DNA of 64,000 bases from Dyadobacter sp. (GCA_965227755.1 CBDDGG010000003.1:220742-284741), one strand, 5' to 3'; shown: positions 35,267 through 45,295, numbered from the stretch's first letter. Notes: generated by a model from the letters alone, not told the origin. Made by a program: numbers and translations.

Positions 35267-35371
35267 TAAGACAAAAGTATGAATCACAACTCTTTTATCC
35301 AAAAGGGGATAGGGTCTTCGTATGCCCACGAAGGGCCTCCCTGCTCTCCCTTTATCAGGGCCATTCGGATT

Positions 35372-38300
35372 ATGAAACTGATCTTTATCATATCGCTCGC
35401 ATTCTGCATGCAGGTAAGCGCCAGCAGCTTTTCGCAGAAGATCACCATTCTGGCGAAGAATGCGCCGCTGGAAAAGGTATTGAAGGAGATTGAAAAACAG
35501 AGCGGCTACTCGTTCTGGTACAAGACCGAGCTGATCCGGAAGTCGGAAAAGGTGACGGTTTCCATGCGGGAAAGTACGCTGGAAGAAGTGCTGGCCCAAT
35601 GCCTGGCGAACCTGCCATTGGAATATTCGATCGTAGACAAAACAGTGGTTTTGCAGGCCAAAAAGCGATTTAAGATAGCAACTCCGACCCCCAAAGCCGT
35701 GCAATTAATCAAGGGGCAGGTAGTGGGCTCGGACGGAAAGCCGCTCGTAGGCGTAACCGTCGTTGTAAAGGCCAGCAAGCTCGGTACTGTGACGGATGCT
35801 GACGGGAATTTTTCGATCGACGTGGCGGATACGGATGTACTCGTTTTTTCCTACATCGGGTTTGAATCCAAGGAGGTCCTGGTCGGCAAGCAAACCAACA
35901 TTTCGGTTTCATTAACGGAAAGTAATACGACATTGAATGAGGTGGCGGTGGTTGGGTACGGCCAGCAGTCGCGGAAAAATCTGACGAGTGCGGTCAGTAC
36001 GGTCAAAAGAGAGGAGCTCAATAATGGTGCCATTACCGATGTGGGACAGTTACTTCAAGGGAAAGTGCCGGGGCTTAACATCACGGCCAGCGGTGACCCG
36101 AATAAGCCAGCAGCGGTAGTGATGCGCGGCGCGTCCACGATTAACAGTGCGCAGGGGCCGTTTTACGTGATCGACGGCGTGCCCGGCGCCGATATTGCTA
36201 CCATAGCGCCAGATGATATCGCTTCTATCGATGTGTTGAAAGATGCGGCCGCAACGGCCATTTATGGTAACCGTGCTGCCAATGGTGTCATCATGGTCAC
36301 CACTAAAAAAGGAAAAGCGGGGACGATGCAGATTTCCTATAACGGTTATGTGGGTATCGAGAAGGTTTCGAACAAACTTGACATGATGAACGCGGACCAG
36401 CTGAGAGCTTTTCTGGACAAAAACGGCATCGGCTTTACGCCGGCGGATGACAAAGGGGCCAATACAGACTGGCAATCGTCTATCCGGAAAAATACGGCGG
36501 TTTCCACCAACCATAACCTGTCTTTCAATGGCGGCGGCGAGCACACGACTTACGCCGCGAGTTTGAATTACGTGAAGAAAGACGGTATCCTGCTGAACAG
36601 TGACCTGACCCGTGTAATCGGCCGCCTGTCGATTGAGCAGCGTGCCTTGAAGGACAAATTGAAATTCGGCTTCTCGGTCACGAACTCGCATAGCAATGCG
36701 AACGATATTCCTTATCGTAACACCGTATTGCTGCAATCCACTTCTTACCTGCCTGTTTCACCGATCAGAAAAGAGGACGGTTCCTATTTTGAAAATTTTC
36801 AGAATACCAACTACTACAATCCGGTGGCGATGATCAATAACAGTGAGATGAATACGAAATCGAACAATCTCATCGGAAGTTTCAAAACGCAGGTAGAGCT
36901 GCCTTTCGGGCTGACTTACAATCTGGACATTTCGTACCTGAATACCAACTCTTTGCAAGGCACTTACTACAACAAATATTTTACGAATAATTACAACAAC
37001 ATGTACGACAATCCCGATCCGGGCCTGGGTTTCCATGCTGTTCAATCATTCGGTAAAAATGGACAGGCAAACAGAAGTTCGTATCAGAATACCAGCAAAA
37101 TCCTGGAAACTTACCTGACTTGGAACAAGGAATTCGGTGATCATTCCATCAATGCGGTAGTGGGCTACTCGTGGCAGAACAATAAGGTTGGCCAGGGCTT
37201 TCAGGTGACTACCAGCAATTTCCCGGTCGATAACATTACCTACAATAACCTGGCTTTGAGCAATCCGTACGGCACTGCAGGCTACCAGATCAGCTTTGGG
37301 CCGGATGGGGTTTATCAGGAAACGCAGCTGATTTCCGATTTTGCCAGATTTAACTATAACTACAAAAGCAAGTATTTGCTGCAAGGGTCGGTCAGAAGAG
37401 ATGGCAGCTCGGTGTTCGGCGCCAATAATCAGTGGGGATATTTCCCATCAGTAGGCGCGGCGTGGAGAATAAGCCAGGAAAGTTTCATGGAAAGCCAGAA
37501 TGTATTCAACGACCTAAAACTGAGGGCCAGCTATGGCGTTACCGGCAATGCAACCGGATTCAATGCCTACACGGCACAATTTATCTCCGGGGCTTTGGGT
37601 ACCTACTACTATAATGGTTCGCTCACAGGTGCTTATGGTCCGACGAAGTCGGAGAACGCCGACCTGAAATGGGAGAAAACGGCCACAACCAATGTCGGTC
37701 TCGACTTTGCTGTACTGGGAAACCGGGTAAATGGCTCGCTTGAAGTGTATGAGAAGAACACCACGGGGATGATTTATTCCTATACGGTGGATCCGATCCT
37801 GGTGCCATCGGGAAGTATTGTAGCGAATGGCGGAAGCGTGAATAACAAGGGAGTTGAGTTTAACCTTAGCGCAAAAGTGGTGGACAAGGCTAGTTTCAGC
37901 TGGACGAGCGGAATCAATCTTGCGCACAACAAAAACGTCATCACCAGCCTTACCAATCCCCTGTTTGCGGGCGGCGACTCCGTATTGCTGTCGCGTCCCG
38001 AGGGCGGCGGTCAGTCGGGAAGGTCACTCCAGATCCTGAAAGCGGGCCGCCCATTGGGACAATTCTTCTCGTTCCAGTACGCCGGAAAAAATGAAAGCGG
38101 TGTGTCCCAATTCGTGGCTGCAGACGGTAGCCTGACGACCACGCCGGTTGTTGGAAAAGACTATCACTACCTGGGTAGCTCGCAGCCAAAGTTGATGATG
38201 GGCTGGACGAACAGCCTGAGGTACAAAAACTTTGATCTGAACGTATTTGTAAGAGGTGTATTCGGGAACAAAATCTTCAATGCGACCCGCGCCGACCTGT

Positions 38301-38635
38301 TCAGACCAAGCACTGCCCAGTATTCCAATATCCTCGTGGATGCGGCCAATGAGCCGGTGAGTGATTTCAATGCTTACGCTTACTCGTCGCGCTTCGTCGA
38401 AAACGGAAGTTTTGTGAGGCTCGACAATGCTACGCTCGGCTACAATTTCAAGAAGCTGGGGCCATTTGTCAAAAATCTGAGGGTTTATACTTCCGTCAAT
38501 AATTTGTTTGTCATCACCAAATACACGGGTGTTGATCCGGAGGTGAACCAAGGCGGGATCGCTCCGGGAGTTGACTATAACAACTTCTATCCGAAGACCC
38601 GTACGTTTCTATTCGGTCTGAACATATCCATCTAA
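35372..38635 (+). CDS. SusC-type TonB-dependent receptor with N-terminal STN (FecR-signalling) domain
   Basis: Preferred start is the ATG at 35372 (MKLIFIISLAFCMQVSA signal). STN-like segment: SGYSFWYKTELIRKSEKVTVSMRESTLEEVLAQCL. CarboxypepD_reg: IKGQVVGSDGKPLVGVTVVVKASKLGTVTDADGNFSI. Plug: NEVAVVGYGQQSRKNLTSAVS. The barrel runs to the stop. Confidence 0.9.
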   Translation: MKLIFIISLAFCMQVSASSFSQKITILAKNAPLEKVLKEIEKQSGYSFWYKTELIRKSEKVTVSMRESTLEEVLAQCLANLPLEYSIVDKTVVLQAKKRFKIATPTPKAVQLIKGQVVGSDGKPLVGVTVVVKASKLGTVTDADGNFSIDVADTDVLVFSYIGFESKEVLVGKQTNISVSLTESNTTLNEVAVVGYGQQSRKNLTSAVSTVKREELNNGAITDVGQLLQGKVPGLNITASGDPNKPAAVVMRGASTINSAQGPFYVIDGVPGADIATIAPDDIASIDVLKDAAATAIYGNRAANGVIMVTTKKGKAGTMQISYNGYVGIEKVSNKLDMMNADQLRAFLDKNGIGFTPADDKGANTDWQSSIRKNTAVSTNHNLSFNGGGEHTTYAASLNYVKKDGILLNSDLTRVIGRLSIEQRALKDKLKFGFSVTNSHSNANDIPYRNTVLLQSTSYLPVSPIRKEDGSYFENFQNTNYYNPVAMINNSEMNTKSNNLIGSFKTQVELPFGLTYNLDISYLNTNSLQGTYYNKYFTNNYNNMYDNPDPGLGFHAVQSFGKNGQANRSSYQNTSKILETYLTWNKEFGDHSINAVVGYSWQNNKVGQGFQVTTSNFPVDNITYNNLALSNPYGTAGYQISFGPDGVYQETQLISDFARFNYNYKSKYLLQGSVRRDGSSVFGANNQWGYFPSVGAAWRISQESFMESQNVFNDLKLRASYGVTGNATGFNAYTAQFISGALGTYYYNGSLTGAYGPTKSENADLKWEKTATTNVGLDFAVLGNRVNGSLEVYEKNTTGMIYSYTVDPILVPSGSIVANGGSVNNKGVEFNLSAKVVDKASFSWTSGINLAHNKNVITSLTNPLFAGGDSVLLSRPEGGGQSGRSLQILKAGRPLGQFFSFQYAGKNESGVSQFVAADGSLTTTPVVGKDYHYLGSSQPKLMMGWTNSLRYKNFDLNVFVRGVFGNKIFNATRADLFRPSTAQYSNILVDAANEPVSDFNAYAYSSRFVENGSFVRLDNATLGYNFKKLGPFVKNLRVYTSVNNLFVITKYTGVDPEVNQGGIAPGVDYNNFYPKTRTFLFGLNISI

Positions 38636-38650
38636 CATCGAAGCAGGATC

Positions 38651-40267
38651 ATGAAGAATTCATACATAAAGCTATTTTTCTCATCGCTGGCGGTAACCAC
38701 CCTGTTTTCCTGCCACGACCTGGACGTGCCGGTCACGACCGCGCTGACGACCGACGTTTTCCCGAGCACGGATGAACAATTCGTTTCCGCTTCCGGGCCG
38801 GTTTATGTGGCATTGAGAGGGAATTTCGGGGCGGAAGCATATCAGATCGCGTCGTACAGCACCGATGAAGGCATTATGCCCGCACGGGGAGGAAACTGGT
38901 ACGACGGCGGGCAAAACCAGACATTGCATCTGCACACCTGGACCGTGGATAACGGCTATGTGAACGGCCACTGGACCTGGTTATCGACCATTATTGGCGT
39001 TTCCAACCAGACGATCTCCATTCTGGAACAGAAAATGCCGGACGGAGCAGCGAAACAGACGAACCTTTCGGAGATCAAAATGGTACGTGCATTCGCCTAT
39101 TTCATGATGATGGATAGTTTCGGAAATGTGCCTATCTACACGACTTACGGTGATTTTGCACCCAAAACCAATTCGCCGAGGGCAGAGGTTTTTAATTTTA
39201 TCGAAAAGGAAATCCTGGAAGCGATCCCGAAGCTGAGCGAAGTATCGGGCATGACTACGTACGGAAGGCCCAACAAATGGACCGCCTATGCCTTGCTGGC
39301 GAAATTGTACCTGAACGCCGAGTACTACACCGGCACAAACCGGTATAACGATTGCATTGCCGCCTGCGACAAAGTGATCGGTTCGGGATTGTATGCGTTG
39401 GAGCCCAGAAGCAGCTATCTGAACATGTTCTATCCGACGAACGGACCGCAGATGAAGGAGTTTATTTTCGCGATTCCTTACGATCCGGCGCAAACCAATA
39501 CTTTTCCATTCAGGAGCGTCAACATTCGCGCGCGATACGACATTCCGAGAAGCATGGTCAAGAAGTTCAGTCTGCCGTACACGCCTGCGGGAAGCGCATG
39601 TACACTGCCGGAGTTTTATGCCAATTTCAATGATGAGGGCGATATCAGGAACAAGCAATGGCTGACCGGCTTGCAGTATATGAACGACGGCGTCACACCC
39701 CTGACTGTTACCACAACCAACATTGGCTACGACCAGTTTTACAAAGGCAATAACCCGTCGGGTCCCTACACTTACCAGGTGAAACTGACGCCCGAGGTGG
39801 TACTCCGCCAGGATGTGACGTCCTTTGATGCGGGGAACGACGAAATTGCCTGGCACATGGGTTACCGCAATATGAAATTCTACCCCGATGCGAGTTCTCT
39901 AAACCGAAACCAGAACAATGATATCCCCATTTTCAGATATTCGGACATCATTCTGATGAAGGCGGAGGCGATACTGCGCGGCGGAAGTCCGACATCAGGT
40001 CATACCGCACTTTCGCTCGTGAATGAGTTGAGGGCGCAACGGACCACTTCGCCTGCTTTGACGAGCGTGAACCTCGAATTTATCTATGCCGAAAGAGCGC
40101 GTGAATTTGCCTCGGAGGGATGGCGCCGCAACGACATGATCCGTTTCGGGAAGTTTGAGGGCAAATGGGGCTACAAAACCGATTCAGACATTAATCACCG
40201 CATCTTCCCGATACCAAGGGTGGCGCTGCAACTCAATCCCGCATTGGTTCAGAATCCTGGTTATTGA
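38651..40267 (+). CDS. SusD/RagB-family outer-membrane lipoprotein
   Basis: 538-aa ORF, 15 nt after susC. Lipobox LFSC. Typical SusD C-terminal pattern: IPIFRYSDIILMKAEAILRGG ... ERAREFASEGWRRNDMIRFGKF. Confidence 0.9.
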   Translation: MKNSYIKLFFSSLAVTTLFSCHDLDVPVTTALTTDVFPSTDEQFVSASGPVYVALRGNFGAEAYQIASYSTDEGIMPARGGNWYDGGQNQTLHLHTWTVDNGYVNGHWTWLSTIIGVSNQTISILEQKMPDGAAKQTNLSEIKMVRAFAYFMMMDSFGNVPIYTTYGDFAPKTNSPRAEVFNFIEKEILEAIPKLSEVSGMTTYGRPNKWTAYALLAKLYLNAEYYTGTNRYNDCIAACDKVIGSGLYALEPRSSYLNMFYPTNGPQMKEFIFAIPYDPAQTNTFPFRSVNIRARYDIPRSMVKKFSLPYTPAGSACTLPEFYANFNDEGDIRNKQWLTGLQYMNDGVTPLTVTTTNIGYDQFYKGNNPSGPYTYQVKLTPEVVLRQDVTSFDAGNDEIAWHMGYRNMKFYPDASSLNRNQNNDIPIFRYSDIILMKAEAILRGGSPTSGHTALSLVNELRAQRTTSPALTSVNLEFIYAERAREFASEGWRRNDMIRFGKFEGKWGYKTDSDINHRIFPIPRVALQLNPALVQNPGY

Positions 40268-40273
40268 TTACAA

Positions 40274-40308
40274 CATTCTCCGTATCCGTATTTCGGGTAC
40301 GGAGAATG
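40274..40308 (+). other. strong stem-loop between susD and the GH89 gene (11-bp perfect arms, extendable to ~15 bp; no T-tract)
   Basis: CATTCTCCGTA (40274-40284) pairs with TACGGAGAATG (40298-40308). The inner CCG/CGG pairs leave a TATTT loop. It is followed by ccttcattc, not a U-tail. Confidence 0.55.
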
Positions 40309-40375
40309 CCTTCATTCACATCGTTCCGGTCACAGCATTTAACTGTCGACGGGCCCAATCATTCCGTATTTTAAA

Positions 40376-42631
40376 ATGAATCATTTCCGTAATGGTGGTT
40401 CTTCTCCGCAATGGTTGAGAAGAGTGAACCTGTTTTGTCTTATCTTTTTGCTGAGTGTCCTCGCGAAGACCTCCATCGCCCAGGCGGTGGTCAATTCTGC
40501 AAACTCCCTGATACAGAGAGTAGTCCCCACGCACGCTTCGCATTTTCAGGTAGAGGAGTTGCATTCGGCTTCTGGCAAAGACGAATTTGAGATAGACAAT
40601 GTCGACGGCAAAATATTGTTGCGCGGCACGAGCGGCGTCGCGATCGCCTCTGCCTTATACCATTACCTCACCGAATACGCGCATTGCCAGATCACCTGGA
40701 ATGGAACCAACCTTGCATTGCCCGCGAAGCTGCCCGCCGTGCCTGCCAAAATACGGAAGGAAACGGTGTACCAATATCGCTATAACCTCAACTACTGCAC
40801 ATTCAATTACAGTATGAGTTGGTGGGACTGGGACCGCTGGCAAAAGGAAATCGACTGGATGGCCCTGCATGGCATCAATATGCCGCTGGCTATTACCGGT
40901 GAGGAGTACGTGTGGCTGCAAGTGTACAAGGATATGGGCTTTTCGGAGAACGACCTGAAAGACTTTTTCAGCGGCCCCGCCTATTTTGGCTGGTTCTGGA
41001 TGGGCAACCTCGACGGCTGGGGCGGGCCGCTGCCGCTGAGCTGGATGGAAAGCCACAAGACCCTGCAGCAGCAGATTGTCCGCCGCGAGCGGGAGCTGGG
41101 CATGAAGCCGGTGCTGCCCGCATTTACCGGGCACGTCCCTGCCGCTTTCCGGAAGAAATACCCGGGTGCGCAACTGAAAGCAACCAACTGGACCAACGGC
41201 TTCGGCGATACCTACATTCTGGATTCCCAGGACCCGCTTTTTGCAGAGATCGGAAAGCGTTTTTTGAACAAACAGAAAGAACTCTACGGGACCGACCACC
41301 TGTATTCGGCCGACACATTCAATGAAAACGAGCCGCCTACCGACGAGCCGGCTTATCTTTCCAAACTCAGTGAACGCATTTACGAAGGAATGCGACAGGC
41401 CGATCCCGATGCCGTGTGGGTAATGCAGGGCTGGCTTTTTTACAGCGACCGTAAGTTCTGGAAAGCACCGCAGATCGAGGCGCTACTGAACGCCGTTCCC
41501 AACGACCGGATGCTGTTGCTGGACCTGGCCGCCGAAATCGAGCCGGTGTGGAAACGGACGGACGCATTTTACGGAAAACCCTGGATTTGGAACATGCTCA
41601 ACAACTTCGGCGGGAACGTGAATCTCTTCGGGCGAATGGACGGTGTGGCCCAGGGCCCGGCAATCGCCTGGAACGATCCCGCCAAAAAGCGCATGGAAGG
41701 CATCGGATTGACGATGGAGGCGATCGAACAGAATCCGGTGATTTATGAACTGATGATGGACCATACCTGGCGCACTACGCCCATCGATCTCGACGAATGG
41801 CTCCCCAGATACGCGAGGAACCGGTACGGGAAGCATGACGACGACCTGGTCAGGGCATGGCAAATCCTGCGGAAGACGGTTTACAACGGCAAAGAAATCC
41901 GCGACGGGGCAGAATCGATCATCACCGGAAGGCCCACGCTCGATTCCACGACTGTGTGGACCCGGACAAAACTGAACTATCCGCCCGCCGACCTGCTTCC
42001 CGCCTGGGACCTTTTCGTCGCATCGGCCTCACAAGGCCCGCATACCGATGGATTTCTGTATGATCTGACCGACATTTCCCGCCAGGTGCTCGCCAACTAT
42101 GCATTGGTAGTCCAGAAACAATGGGTGCGGGCATTTCGCAGCGGCGACCGTACAGCCTTCCAAAAGCATAGCCGTGCATTTCTGGAACTGATTTCGGATA
42201 TGGATATGCTGCTCGCAACCCGCAAGGATTTTCTGCTGGGCCCCTGGATTGCCTCTGCACGGAAATGGGGGAACAATGCGGCCGAGAAAGCATTATACGA
42301 ACAAAACGCCCGGGACCTGATCACACTTTGGGGGGATGCCGACAGCCCGCTGCATGAGTATTCGAACCGCCAGTGGAGCGGCCTGCTCAATGATTTTTAC
42401 AAGGTACGCTGGGAGAAGTTCTTTGTTGTGCTGGAAAAATCCATACAGTCCGGAAAAACACCCGACTGGCAGCTTTTTGAAAAATCGATCGCGCAGTGGG
42501 AGTGGCAATGGGTGAACAGTCATAAGGATTTTCAGATCGAAACGAGCGGAAGCAGCGTGCAGGTCGCCTCGAAGCTGCATGAGAAATATGCCCGCCGAAT
42601 CCGGGAATCGTATCACCGCCAGGAAAAGTGA
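40376..42631 (+). CDS. alpha-N-acetylglucosaminidase (glycoside hydrolase family 89, NAGLU-like)
   Basis: 751-aa ORF with signal peptide. NAGLU-like segments: YRYNLNYCTFNYSMSWWDWDRWQKEIDWMALHGINMPLAITGEEYVW, PAYFGWFWMGNL, WVMQGWLF, KPWIWNMLNNFGGN. Confidence 0.85.
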   Translation: MNHFRNGGSSPQWLRRVNLFCLIFLLSVLAKTSIAQAVVNSANSLIQRVVPTHASHFQVEELHSASGKDEFEIDNVDGKILLRGTSGVAIASALYHYLTEYAHCQITWNGTNLALPAKLPAVPAKIRKETVYQYRYNLNYCTFNYSMSWWDWDRWQKEIDWMALHGINMPLAITGEEYVWLQVYKDMGFSENDLKDFFSGPAYFGWFWMGNLDGWGGPLPLSWMESHKTLQQQIVRRERELGMKPVLPAFTGHVPAAFRKKYPGAQLKATNWTNGFGDTYILDSQDPLFAEIGKRFLNKQKELYGTDHLYSADTFNENEPPTDEPAYLSKLSERIYEGMRQADPDAVWVMQGWLFYSDRKFWKAPQIEALLNAVPNDRMLLLDLAAEIEPVWKRTDAFYGKPWIWNMLNNFGGNVNLFGRMDGVAQGPAIAWNDPAKKRMEGIGLTMEAIEQNPVIYELMMDHTWRTTPIDLDEWLPRYARNRYGKHDDDLVRAWQILRKTVYNGKEIRDGAESIITGRPTLDSTTVWTRTKLNYPPADLLPAWDLFVASASQGPHTDGFLYDLTDISRQVLANYALVVQKQWVRAFRSGDRTAFQKHSRAFLELISDMDMLLATRKDFLLGPWIASARKWGNNAAEKALYEQNARDLITLWGDADSPLHEYSNRQWSGLLNDFYKVRWEKFFVVLEKSIQSGKTPDWQLFEKSIAQWEWQWVNSHKDFQIETSGSSVQVASKLHEKYARRIRESYHRQEK

Positions 42632-42717
42632 ATGGATTAATCTTAATTTTGGTAGTATTGAAACTTCCACCGGGAGATAACAGGCCGGGATTTAAGTATC
42701 AACATTCCTGAAAATTC

Positions 42718-43254
42718 ATGGCAGACGAAAACCTAGGGGCTGAATGGGGAAAATTCGGCTACTTGTTCAAGCGGGAGGAAATTCCTGCAAAGACGGTGCT
42801 TCTCAACGAAGGAGAGGTCGCCAAAAAAGTCTACTTCATTGAAAAGGGCTGCCTCAGGCTCTCTTTCAACAAGGACGGGAAAGATATTACTTTTCAGTTT
42901 TTCTTCGAAGGAGAGGGGGTTTCTTCGGCCGAGAGCTTTCGCTACAACCAACCAAGCCTGTATACGATCGAGAGTCTTGAACACTCGGTCGTACATACGC
43001 TCACCAAAAAGGATTATTTTGAGATTATCGAAGCGTCGCCGCTAATCAGGGAAGCCATGGAGGAGCAGACCCTCCAACGGCTGCTGTTTGTAGAAAAATT
43101 GTTTCTTTCGAGGATCAAAAACAGTCCTGAGGAAAGGTACAGGGAGTTGCTGGAGCAGCGTCCGGAAATCCTGCGAAGGGTGCCGCAGCATTACATTGCC
43201 TCTTTCCTGGGCGTTACTTCCGTCTCTTTGAGCAGGATCAGGAACAGGAGGTAG
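42718..43254 (+). CDS. Crp/Fnr-family transcriptional regulator (cNMP-binding domain + HTH)
   Basis: 178-aa ORF. cNMP-binding-like: VLLNEGEVAKKVYFIEKGCLRLSF. C-terminal HTH: VPQHYIASFLGVTSVSLSRIRNR. Confidence 0.8.
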   Translation: MADENLGAEWGKFGYLFKREEIPAKTVLLNEGEVAKKVYFIEKGCLRLSFNKDGKDITFQFFFEGEGVSSAESFRYNQPSLYTIESLEHSVVHTLTKKDYFEIIEASPLIREAMEEQTLQRLLFVEKLFLSRIKNSPEERYRELLEQRPEILRRVPQHYIASFLGVTSVSLSRIRNRR

Positions 43255-43340
43255 CATTTATTAACAATTGTTATCGCCTGCCGGATGCGTGGTGCCGAAT
43301 TTTGTAATGTTATCAGTTTCACATTCAAAATTTAAAAATC

Positions 43341-44516
43341 ATGCGACCATTTAAAATTCAAATCTCCGACGCAGACATTAACTATCTGAAACAACGACTG
43401 GCGAACGCCCGCTGGACCAGCCCGACTACACAAAGCGGATGGGAAAAGGGCGTTCCGGTCGATTATCTAAAGACTGTCGCCGACTATTGGCTGAACCAAT
43501 TTGACTGGAAAAAACAAGAAGCCAGCCTTAATCAATACCCGCATTTCATTACCGAAATTGACGGACAGGATATTCACTACCTGCATATTAAGTCTCCCAG
43601 GGAAAATGCAGTCCCTTTGATGCTGATCCATGGCTGGCCGGGGTCATTCGCGGATTTTACCCGGGTTATTGAGCCGCTTACTAATCCTGAGGAGCCTGGC
43701 CAGATTGCATTTGACCTGGTTATCCCTTCTATCCCCGGTTTTGGCTTTTCGGTACCTGTCAAAGAGAAAGGGTATAACATGTTTAAGATCGCGGGCACAT
43801 TTGCCGCCCTGATGGACCAGCTCGGCTACGAAAAATTTGCCGTGCACGGGGGCGACATGGGCGCCGGCGTCGCGGGGATCATGTCCGGGGTCGCTGCGCA
43901 CAGCTTGTTGGGCACACATATCAACTCGGACTTTTTCGCGGTAGCGGGACTCGGCATGTTCCCTTCCGATCATTCATCTTTGACGGATGCGGAAAACATC
44001 GGGCTCGAACGGATGAAACAGTACCAAAAAGACGGCACTGCCTATTTGGAAATACAGGCCACCAGGCCAGGTACGATCGGTATTGCCTTGTCGGACAGTC
44101 CGGTAGGGCAGCTCGCATGGATGGTTGAAAAGTATAAAGAATGGACCGACGGGGATAAAATACTGCCGGAAGACGCCATTGGTATCGACCAGATGCTGAC
44201 GAACGTCTCCTTGTACTGGTTCAATCAGCTGGGCGCTTCGAGCGCTGCCATCCTTTCCGAAAATATGAGCATGGCATTCGATTGGGGTGGCGACAATTCA
44301 CAGGAAGCCAGCCAGTGGGCACCTCCCAAGGTCCCGTCCGCGATTGCCTGTTTTGGTAAAAAAGAAGATGAAACCCTTTTGAAGAAATTGATTTCCTTCA
44401 TGGGCGAACCCGACAGATGGTCATTTTACGACAAAGGATGCCATTTCCCGGCCATGGAAGTCCCCGATTTGCTGGCAAACGATATCAGGCATTTCTTCTC
44501 GGATATCCTCAAATAG
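43341..44516 (+). CDS. epoxide hydrolase (N-terminal EHN domain + alpha/beta hydrolase fold)
   Basis: 391-aa ORF. EHN-type start: FKIQISDADINYLKQRLANARW. Also FITEIDGQDIHYLH, and the HGWPGSF oxyanion-hole motif. Confidence 0.85.
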   Translation: MRPFKIQISDADINYLKQRLANARWTSPTTQSGWEKGVPVDYLKTVADYWLNQFDWKKQEASLNQYPHFITEIDGQDIHYLHIKSPRENAVPLMLIHGWPGSFADFTRVIEPLTNPEEPGQIAFDLVIPSIPGFGFSVPVKEKGYNMFKIAGTFAALMDQLGYEKFAVHGGDMGAGVAGIMSGVAAHSLLGTHINSDFFAVAGLGMFPSDHSSLTDAENIGLERMKQYQKDGTAYLEIQATRPGTIGIALSDSPVGQLAWMVEKYKEWTDGDKILPEDAIGIDQMLTNVSLYWFNQLGASSAAILSENMSMAFDWGGDNSQEASQWAPPKVPSAIACFGKKEDETLLKKLISFMGEPDRWSFYDKGCHFPAMEVPDLLANDIRHFFSDILK

Positions 44517-44719
44517 CTGACGTGACGCCCGTTCATCATGATGCATGACGCCATCATTTCAAATGTATCCGGAACTATAACGTATATGTATCATCGTCAG
44601 TGTCCTCAGGGCGATTATGATCGTGGTTGGCCCGATCCGTAGGTTTCAGGGAAAAGAAAATAGGACATTACTTCTTTATTTTTTTGTTATTTTTGTTTTC
44701 GTATCTGTATACACCTGGC

Positions 44720-45295
44720 ATGAATACCCACGAAAACGCGACGGATGATGAGCTGGCAGCCCTGCTAACGGACGGGTCTGAGGCGGCATTCGATTCGATT
44801 TATGAGCGGTACTGGAAAAAACTCTATAATGAAGCCTTTAAGAGGATAAACGACTGCTCCGAGAGTGAAGAAATTGTCCAGGATGTTTTTGTCGATCTCT
44901 GGAACAAAAGGGGCAGCAGGCAGATAGAGAATCTTCGGGGATACTTGCTGGGCGCGGTGAGATACCAGGTATTTGCCGTTTATCATAAGCGGAAAAATCT
45001 GCCAGTCTTCGAAGAGCCGCTTGATTACATGGCGTTTTCAGCCGATAATGCGGATTCCAATTTCCTGAGGGACGAACTCCTCGCAAGTATTCATCAATGG
45101 CTGGAAACTCAGCCCGAAAAACGCCGCGAGATTTTCAGGCTGCGGTTCCTGGAAGGGCTTTCTACGCTCGAAATTGCCGAGCAGCTCGATATTTCGAGAA
45201 AAACCGTTCAAAACCAACTGAATACTTCTCAGCAAAGCCTTCGTGAGAGCATTGGAAGGCTTCTTATCGCTGTCATTCTGTTGCTACGCCCGTAG
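44720..45295 (+). CDS. ECF-type sigma factor (FecI-like) of the downstream PUL
   Basis: Preferred start is the ATG at 44720 (MNTHENATDDELAALLTDGSEAAFDSIYERYWKKLYNEAF...). Region 4: LEGLSTLEIAEQLDISRKTVQNQL. A TATTTTTG box lies at 44688-44695, 25 nt upstream. Confidence 0.85.
   Translation: MNTHENATDDELAALLTDGSEAAFDSIYERYWKKLYNEAFKRINDCSESEEIVQDVFVDLWNKRGSRQIENLRGYLLGAVRYQVFAVYHKRKNLPVFEEPLDYMAFSADNADSNFLRDELLASIHQWLETQPEKRREIFRLRFLEGLSTLEIAEQLDISRKTVQNQLNTSQQSLRESIGRLLIAVILLLRP

Noticed and set aside
35279-35371. Longer N-terminal extensions of the two SusC genes as given in the ORF track (starts 35279 and 46533)
   Set aside because: The extensions (MNHNSFIQKGIGSSYAHEG... and MNRKFAIQISRQYKYMKKPISVGRR...) precede clear signal peptides that start at internal Met codons (35372, 46656). 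They overlap the putative antisense promoters. The shorter models are preferred.
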